Notes under the pieces: generated by a model
Told to the model about the DNA's origin: nothing
What the model saw: only the letters and a program-made list of their open reading frames with translations
The model's database searches: none
Assembly: GCA_005883405.1 (NCBI GenBank)
Contig: VBGG01000059.1
Coordinates: 1 to 41,210, forward strand
Length of the DNA stretch: 41,210 bases
DNA from: Chloroflexota bacterium
Lineage (GTDB): Bacteria > Chloroflexota > UBA6077 > CF-72
Direction: 5' to 3'
Position numbers and translations under genes: made by a program
Shown: piece by piece, positions 34,938 through 41,210 of the stretch
Layout: every line of letters begins with the position of its first letter
Numbering within the stretch: position 1 is the first letter of the stretch

Positions 34938-35821
34938 GTGAGGTACATTGCGCACCGACTCCTGCATGGCGTCTTCGTCCTCTTCGGCATCTCCACCGTC
35001 GTCTTCGCCCTGACCTGGCTCACGGGCGACCCGGCCTCGGTGCTGCTGCCGGTGAACACGCCGCCCGATCAGGTCGAGGTCTTCCGCCACCAGATGGGCT
35101 TCGACCAGCCCTTGCCGGTCCAGTACCTGGCGTTCATCGGGCCCGAAACCGCACGGCCGCGCTGCCGCTGGTCTTGAGCCGCCTGCCCGTCACGCTGAAG
35201 CTGATGGCCTCCGCGCTGCTGTTCGCCGTACTGGTGGCGCTGCCGCTCGGCATGCTCGCCGCCGCGTTCCATGACAAGCCGCCCGACTACCTGGCGCGGT
35301 TTGTCGCCCTGTTCGGCCAATCCGTCGCCACTCCCTGGCTCGGCATCATGCTCATCTTCGTGTTCGCCGTGAACCTGCGTTGGCTGCCCTCGTCGGGCGC
35401 GGCCCAACCCCAGAGCATCATCCTGCCCGCGATCGTGGCCGGCGCCTACAGCGCGGCAGGCCTGACACGTCTGTTGCGCTCGAGCCTGTTGGAGGTGCTG
35501 TCGAACGAATACATCCGCACCGCACGCGCCAAGGGCCTGACGATGTGGATGGTCATGTGGCGCCACGCGCTGAAGAACGCCGCGATCCCGTTCATCACCT
35601 TCCTGGGTATCCAGATCACATTCATGTTCGGCAACACGGTCATCGCCGAAGCGATGTTCGCCTATCCCGGAATGAGCCGCCTGGCCGTCGAGGCAATCAC
35701 CACGCGTGACGTCCCGGTGATCCAGGTCTTCGTGCTTCTCGCTGGCGCGCTGGTCGTCGTGGTCAATTTCGTGGCCGACCTCCTCTACGCCTGGCTCGAC
35801 CCGCGGATTCAGCTAGCGTAA
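34938..35821 (+). pseudogene. ABC permease (DppB/OppB-like), split by an out-of-frame gap near 35138-35150
   Basis: Frame 0 reads VRYIAHRLLHGVFVLFGISTVVFALTWLTGDPA...PLPVQYLAFIG and then stops after 12 junk codons (TGA 35175-35177). The protein resumes in another frame as RNRTAALPLVLSRLPVTLKL...EYIRTARAKGL...DLLYAWLDPRIQLA. About 10-12 residues of the conserved GDFG-type segment are missing. Confidence 0.7.
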
Positions 35822-35826
35822 AGGCG

Positions 35827-36759
35827 ATGCTCGGACGTGTCGGCACGCTATCAGTGCCAAGAACGTCCGCTCGTCTGGGCGCAGGCACGCGCGCGACGAG
35901 CGCCCCGCCTCGCCGCCATCGGTTGTTCCGTGGCCTCGATGCTGGCGGCGGCATCGGTCTGCTGCTCGTCGCGCTGGTGGTGGTCGTCGCCATACTCGCG
36001 CCGCTGATCGAGCCACGCGACCCGCTGGCGCAAGACATCGCCCGCCGGCTCAAGCCGCCCGGCTACGTCGACGCGCGCGCCGGCTCCTTCTGGCTGGGCA
36101 CCGACGGCCTCGGCCGCGACATGCTGTCGCGACTGATCGAAGGGGCCCGAGTCTCGCTGCTCGTCGGCGCCAGCAGCACGCTGATCTCGGCAGTGCTGGG
36201 TGCAACGCTCGGGTTGACGGCTGGCTATCTCGGCGGCTGGTGGGACGCGTTGATCATGCGCGTAGTGGACGTCTTCCAGGCCATCCCCTTCACCATCCTG
36301 GCCATCGCCGTCGCCGTGGTCCTCGGCCCAAGTCTGCGAAACGTCATCATCGTCCTGGGCATCAGCAGCTGGGTCAACTATGCACGTGTCGTTCGCGGCG
36401 AAACGTTGGCCCAACGCAACAGTGAGTTTGTCGTCGCTGCCCGTGGCCTGGGCGCCGACTCCAGGCGTGTGCTGCTGCGCCACGTGCTGCCCCAGGTGAC
36501 CGCGAGCATCATCGTTTTGAGCTCGCTGCTGGTCGGCAGCATGATCCTGTTCGAAGCGTCGCTCAGCTTTCTCGGCCTGGGTGTGCAGCCGCCGACGCCG
36601 AGCTGGGGCAACATGGTGCTCGACGGCGTCGAGCCGATCCGCGTCGCCTGGTGGGTGTCGCTCTTCCCCGGCCTTGCCATTCTGCTCACCCTGATGGGCA
36701 TCAATCTGGCCGGCGACTGGCTGCGCGACGCGCTCGACCCCCGCCAGCGTGCCCTCTGA
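35827..36759 (+). CDS. ABC permease (DppC/OppC-like)
   Basis: APLIEPRDP, FWLGTDGLGRDMLSRL, and the EAA-like motif VVAARGLGADSRRVLLRHVLP. Confidence 0.9.
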   Translation: MLGRVGTLSVPRTSARLGAGTRATSAPPRRHRLFRGLDAGGGIGLLLVALVVVVAILAPLIEPRDPLAQDIARRLKPPGYVDARAGSFWLGTDGLGRDMLSRLIEGARVSLLVGASSTLISAVLGATLGLTAGYLGGWWDALIMRVVDVFQAIPFTILAIAVAVVLGPSLRNVIIVLGISSWVNYARVVRGETLAQRNSEFVVAARGLGADSRRVLLRHVLPQVTASIIVLSSLLVGSMILFEASLSFLGLGVQPPTPSWGNMVLDGVEPIRVAWWVSLFPGLAILLTLMGINLAGDWLRDALDPRQRAL

Positions 36760-38179
36760 GCCGCTGGTGCGGCAAGCCGTTCTGGGTCTCGACGCCGGCA
36801 CTGGCTCGCTCAAAGGCGGTCTGTTCACGCCTGGAGGCGAGCCACTCGGTCTGGCGACGGAGACGTATCCGCTCGCGACGCCCGAGCCAGGCGCCATGGA
36901 GCAAGACCCGGTGCACTGGTGGACCGCCCTGGCGGCCGTGTCCCGACAGCTCCTCGACCGCGCCGGGCCTGTGCAGCTGCTGGCGGTCGCCATCAGCGGC
37001 CAGGCGCCGACACTGGTCGCGGTCGATGCCGATCTGCTTCCGACCCATCCCGCGATCACGTGGCTCGACAAGCGCCAGGCCACGGAAGCCGAGCGACTGT
37101 ACGCCCTACTCGGGCAATCGGTGCCAATCTGGGGATCCTGGCCTGCCCAGGTCGCATGGTTTGCGCACAAACGTCCGGCCGCGATGCGGCGCACCCGCTG
37201 GTTGCTGGGCTGTCCGGACTACCTCGCGACGCGTCTGACGGGTGAGCCCGTCCTGTTTCTCGCATGGGCAAAGGCCGAGCTCGAGGCTGCGGAGGTGGAT
37301 CAGCGGCTTCTCCCGCCGGTTCGGCCGCCGAGCACGATTGTCGGATCGGTGACGCCAGCCGCCGCCGCGGACACCGGGCTGCCCGCCGGCACGCCGGTGG
37401 TCGCCGGGTTCATCGACGGCGTGATGGGCGTGCTGGGCAGCGGCGCGCAACGCCCGGGGGATGCCTGCCTGAACAGCGGCACATCCGGCACGTTCTCAGT
37501 GCTCGGCCCGCCAGGCGCCGGCTACGCCGTGCTCGACCTGCACATCATGGGCGCCGCGACCAACACGTCGGGCAAGGCCCTCGACTGGTTCGCCGAGCAC
37601 ATCGCTCGACAGCCGACGGCGTACACGCAGCTGATCGAAGAGGCGGCGGCGGTACCCGCCGGCGCGCGCGGACTGCTCTTCTTGCCCCATCTGGCTGGCG
37701 AACGGGCCGCGGTGCACGACGCACGCTCGCGCGGCGCCTGGGTCGGCCTGACGCTCGAGCACGATCGACGCCATCTTCTCCGCGCACTGCTCGAAGGCGT
37801 GGCGTTCAGCTTCCGATCCGTCCAGGAGTGGCTGGCCGACAGCGGCGCAGAGATCCGCGACGTGCACTGCGTCGGCGGCCAAGCGCGTAGTGCGTTATGG
37901 AATCAGATCAAGGCCGACGTGCTGAATCGAAGGGTGCTGGTACCCGAGGTGGTTGAGGCGGCGGTCGTGGGTTCAGCCATCCTCGCCACGCTGGCACTGG
38001 GCGTGCAGCCGAATCGCGAAGCCGCCGTCTCCGCCATGATTCGCGTGGCGGAGCGCTTCGATCCCGAACCGCGCAGTGCCAGGCTGTACGACGAGCTCTA
38101 CGCCGAGTTCACGCGGCTGTACCCCGCGCTCCGTCAGACCAACTGGCGCTTGGATAGCTTTCGGAACAGGCCAAACTAG
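36749..38179 (+). CDS. FGGY-family carbohydrate kinase (xylulokinase/LsrK-like)
   Basis: VLGLDAGTGSLKGGLF, EQDPVHWW, AISGQAPTLV and the C-terminal FGGY_C region GGQARSALWNQIKADV. The GTG start overlaps the permease end by 11 nt. Confidence 0.85.
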   Translation: MPSEPLVRQAVLGLDAGTGSLKGGLFTPGGEPLGLATETYPLATPEPGAMEQDPVHWWTALAAVSRQLLDRAGPVQLLAVAISGQAPTLVAVDADLLPTHPAITWLDKRQATEAERLYALLGQSVPIWGSWPAQVAWFAHKRPAAMRRTRWLLGCPDYLATRLTGEPVLFLAWAKAELEAAEVDQRLLPPVRPPSTIVGSVTPAAAADTGLPAGTPVVAGFIDGVMGVLGSGAQRPGDACLNSGTSGTFSVLGPPGAGYAVLDLHIMGAATNTSGKALDWFAEHIARQPTAYTQLIEEAAAVPAGARGLLFLPHLAGERAAVHDARSRGAWVGLTLEHDRRHLLRALLEGVAFSFRSVQEWLADSGAEIRDVHCVGGQARSALWNQIKADVLNRRVLVPEVVEAAVVGSAILATLALGVQPNREAAVSAMIRVAERFDPEPRSARLYDELYAEFTRLYPALRQTNWRLDSFRNRPN

Positions 38180-38202
38180 ATTCGCGTCAGCGGCTCTTAA
38201 AA

Positions 38203-38760
38203 CTATCGCTGAAGCACCTCGAGCAGCCAGGTGGCGGCGCGCTCGATGCCTTCCGCCTGTCGCGCACCGAACTGGTGGCCGACACCGCGCAAGACCGCGA
38301 TTTCGATGCACGGGTTGATCGCGGCGATCCGTTGGAGCACATCCAGCGGACCCAGCGCGTCGTGCTCGCCCTGAACGATGAGCGTCGGGCATCGCACGGC
38401 CGCCAGCGCCGCCTCATCGTCTGGCCGCGGCCGGTTACGCGGCGAGATCGGATGACCGAGCACGACCAGCGCGCGCGGCGGCTCCTGCGCCGCGACCCGC
38501 GTACACACGCGCCCGCCGAACGAGCGCCCCACCAGTGCCACGCGCTGTGCACCGGCTCGCAGAGCTTCATCGCGTGCCCGGCGCACGTCCTCCAGCTCCG
38601 GCCCGAGGTCGCCGCCCGGCCGTGCCCTCGAATACGAGATCGGCCGCGCCACGATCCCCGATTGCGCCAGCCGCGCAGCCATGGCCTGCACGATCGGCTG
38701 TTCGCTGGTGCCGCCGTAGCCCGGCGCCAGTACCGCCGCCCAGTGTTTGCGCTCAGCCAA
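38203..38760 (-). CDS. Alpha/beta hydrolase fold protein (dienelactone-hydrolase/KANL3-like)
   Basis: Nucleophile elbow GRSFGG, and the downstream IVQGEHD...GVGHQF (Asp and His candidates). I prefer TTG 38760, which overlaps the ligD stop (TTGGCTGA). The track start at 38838 would overlap ligD by 86 nt. Confidence 0.7.
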   Translation of the reverse strand: MAERKHWAAVLAPGYGGTSEQPIVQAMAARLAQSGIVARPISYSRARPGGDLGPELEDVRRARDEALRAGAQRVALVGRSFGGRVCTRVAAQEPPRALVVLGHPISPRNRPRPDDEAALAAVRCPTLIVQGEHDALGPLDVLQRIAAINPCIEIAVLRGVGHQFGARQAEGIERAATWLLEVLQR

Positions 38761-41210
38761 TGAGCCCCTGCAGGTCGTGCTTGGCTTCCAGGATGTTGGC
38801 CCACAGGTCGCCGACCTGTCGCAGGCGTTCCGGGGCACTCAGGATCGTGAAATCGGTCGGAAACACTTTGCCAACCTCGTCCCAGCGTAGTGGCATCGAC
38901 ACGGCCGCCCAGGGCAGCACCCGCGGCGAGTAGATCGAGGCCAGGGTCTTGCCCCGCACGTTCTGGTTGTAGTCGGCAAACACCTTGCCCTTGCGCTTGT
39001 CGACGGCCCACTCGACGGTCACCTCTTTGGGGTGCTGCTGCGCCAGGAAGCGCGCCAGCGTCTCGCTGACCGAATGGGTGGCGTGGTAGTGAAGTGTGCG
39101 TTTGATCGGCACGTAAATGTGCAATCCGGTGCGGCCGGTCGTCTTCACGAACGAGCTCAGGTGCAGCTCGTCGAGCATCGCCTTGAGCCACAATGCGACC
39201 TGACTGGTCGCGGCGAAGCCTTCGGGGTGTAGCTCGGGCTCTTCGCCACGCGCCTCCTTGCCGGAGTACAGATACGGGTCCAGGTCAAAGACCACGAAGT
39301 CGGGGTAGTTCAGCACCGACTGCTGCATGTTCTCGAGCGAGCCGGCGAACGTCGTCGGCAGGCCCTCGGCGTCGCCAGCCGGGTTCACCCGCGAGTACCA
39401 CGTGTGCAGCTCGATGTCCGCCACCTGGCCGAGCCACAGCAGGGTGGCCAGGTTGTTGGCGCGGAGATACTCGCCGTCCCCCTTGTTCTGGTCCGAATAC
39501 AGCCACGTGGTCTCGACGTAGCGCGGCAGCGGCTGCTCATAGTGCTTCTGGTAGAAGTGGCCGCCGGTGATCCCGTTGGGAAAGCGCACGAGCGTCAGTG
39601 GCCGATCGCGCAGGTGCGGCAGCAAGTACGGTGAAACGCGCGCGAAGTAGACCACCAGGTCACGCTTGGTCAGCGGTCGCTGCTCCCCATGGGCTGGCCA
39701 GAAGACCTTGTTGAGGTTGCTGAAGGCGATCTCATGCCCGTCTACCTCGACGACCAGCTTCTCTCCCTTGTGCTGCTCCAGCTGTTCGACGATGTCACCC
39801 AGCGGGCTGTCAGCTTCGACATTGACTGATGCGCTGGGCGGCTCGAGCACCTCGATAGCGCCCACGTCGCGCGCCGCCTTGTCATCGCGGAGTCCCAGGA
39901 ACACCGGTGCTCGCAAGATGCCGTCGGATGTTCGCTCGGCGTACTTGACCTGTGCCACCAGGTCGGGCTTGACCCACGTGATCGGCCCCTCGGCTTTGCC
40001 TGGCCTGCGCCACATGCCCACGTTCGGCACCTCATCCTCAAACGGCGACTCGTCCATTCTCAGCGCCTGGAGCCGCTCGTAGACCGACTTCAACGTCCGG
40101 TCGTCGAAGCCGGAGCCGGCGTGGCCGACGTAAGTCAGCTTTGAGGCACCCTCCTTGTAGTAGCCCACCACCAGCGAGCCGAAGGTGCTGGCGCGCGAGC
40201 TCGGTGCGCTTGCCGCTGTCGTAGCGGCTGTCGCGGCGCTTGGCGACGATGCCCTCCATGCCGGTCTGCCGCACGGCCTCGTACAGCGTCAGGCCATCGC
40301 CCACGAAGGCATCGACGATGCGCACGCGGTCCGACGCCAGCAGACTGCTCTGGAGCAGCTCTCTGCGTTGCTCGAGCGGCACGCCGCGCAGGTCGTAGCC
40401 GTCCCGATACAGCAGGTCGAACGCGTAGTACAGCATGAACGGCTTCGGCTCGCTGGCTCGGTTCTGCAGCGCCTGGAACGAGGGCTTGCCATGCTCGTCG
40501 AGCGCGACGATCTCGCCGTCGAAGATCGCGTCTCGGTATGGTTGGCGACGGATGGCATCGACCAGCCAGGGGTACTCACTCGAGCAATCGAGCCCTCGAC
40601 GCGATGTGAGACGGACGCTGCCGTCCTCGGCGGTGGCGATCACCCGGTACCCGTCGAGCTTGGGCTCGAAGAGCCAATTCGGGTTGGAAAACGGTCGGTC
40701 GGCTACGGACGGCAGCATCGGCGAAAGCATGCGAGGTGTCGGGCTGCGCCGCGCGCCAGGCACCTGCGCCGGATCGAGCAGCAGCGTGGTCTTCCGCGCC
40801 GAGTCGGGCAAGCGGCCGGCCTTGAGGTCTTCGATCGTCAGCCCGGACAGGATGGACGCATCCTCGGCCAGCACGTCGTGGCTGGCATCGGCGAAGCTGT
40901 CGTCCTTCTTGAGGAACAGCCAGTTCTTGTCCTGGGTGTGTACCAGCGTCCAACCGCCGTGCAGCTTGCGACCCTGCAGGAAGATGCCGAGCTTGCCGCG
41001 CTCGATCCCGCGCCGCACCAGCGCCTCGGCACGCTGGCGGTCGAAGCACGGACGGCCGTCCTCCTCGGGCGCGTAGATGCCGGCGTCCCACACGATCACC
41101 TGCCCGCCGCCGTATTCGCCCTTGGGGATGACGCCCTCGAACGTGGCGTACTCCAGCGGATGGTCCTCGGTCATCACCGCCAGCCGGCGTTCGCCGCGGG
41201 TGTACGAGGG
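38753..41210 (-). pseudogene. ligD: DNA ligase D (3'-phosphoesterase, ATP-dependent ligase, polymerase/primase order), 5' end outside window, frame broken near 40196-40203
   Basis: The PE domain reads EDHPLEYATFEGVIPKGEYGGGQVIVWD. Ligase motif I is EPKLDGYR, followed by EGIVAKRRDSRYDSGKRT and then junk. The OB-fold resumes in another frame as SRASTFGSLVVGYYKEG...YVGHAGSGF. The Pol domain reads FPNGITGGHFYQKH, DIELHTW and VVFDLDP. The WxKxK...EFVIGG segment between KRT and FGSL is missing. Confidence 0.8.

Noticed and set aside
38180-38212. TCAGCG-N14-CGCTGA inverted repeat between the FGGY kinase and hydrolase genes as a terminator.
   Set aside because: The stem is only 6 bp. The right arm lies inside the hydrolase coding end, and there is no U-tract.

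Overview
This is a 41.2-kb, visibly GC-rich bacterial chromosomal segment. It is densely coding and mostly housekeeping or metabolic. I cannot assign a taxon from the sequence alone; gene content and repeat style would fit a Chloroflexota/Thermomicrobia-like or actinobacterial-like organism.

Gene order:
- A lactate permease (frame-broken), then two MFS transporters.
- pth and hsp20.
- A small decayed integrative island carrying an intact Doc/AbrB toxin-antitoxin pair and several integrase fragments.
- A membrane-anchored molybdopterin oxidoreductase, clpC, a GNAT, and an NAD(P) oxidoreductase.
- One minus-strand respiratory cluster: caa3-type coxII, a fused coxI/III, a 55-codon ORF absent from the track, a Rieske protein, and a cytochrome b fused to cytochrome c.
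- obg, a small ORF and nadD, translationally coupled.
- An OmpR-type two-component pair, then DedA, HtpX and a CNNM/CorC protein.
- A pseudo-receiver protein (frame-broken), an aldehyde dehydrogenase, DUF885 and a PAC2 protein.
- An LsrR/LsrK/LsrF-like sugar-phosphate locus with a family-5 ABC binding protein, two permeases (one frame-broken) and no ATPase genes.
- An alpha/beta hydrolase and a PE-Lig-Pol LigD (frame-broken, runs off the window).

No rRNA, tRNA or CRISPR array was seen.

The structure least explained by the genes:
1. A family of about 110-140-bp nested-palindromic REP/MITE-like elements, with four full copies and one half copy, always at gene 3' ends. Two copies share an identical 53-bp core whose loop is flipped relative to the flanks.
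2. Arrays of a CTGACNG-like heptamer.
3. A 77-bp near-perfect palindrome that covers a start codon.
4. Four unrelated genes that each look interrupted by a short out-of-frame deletion. Three of the inferred junctions sit on GC-rich palindromes.

I found no convincing novel multi-gene system such as a defence island. All function calls rest on motif recognition by eye, not on database searches.
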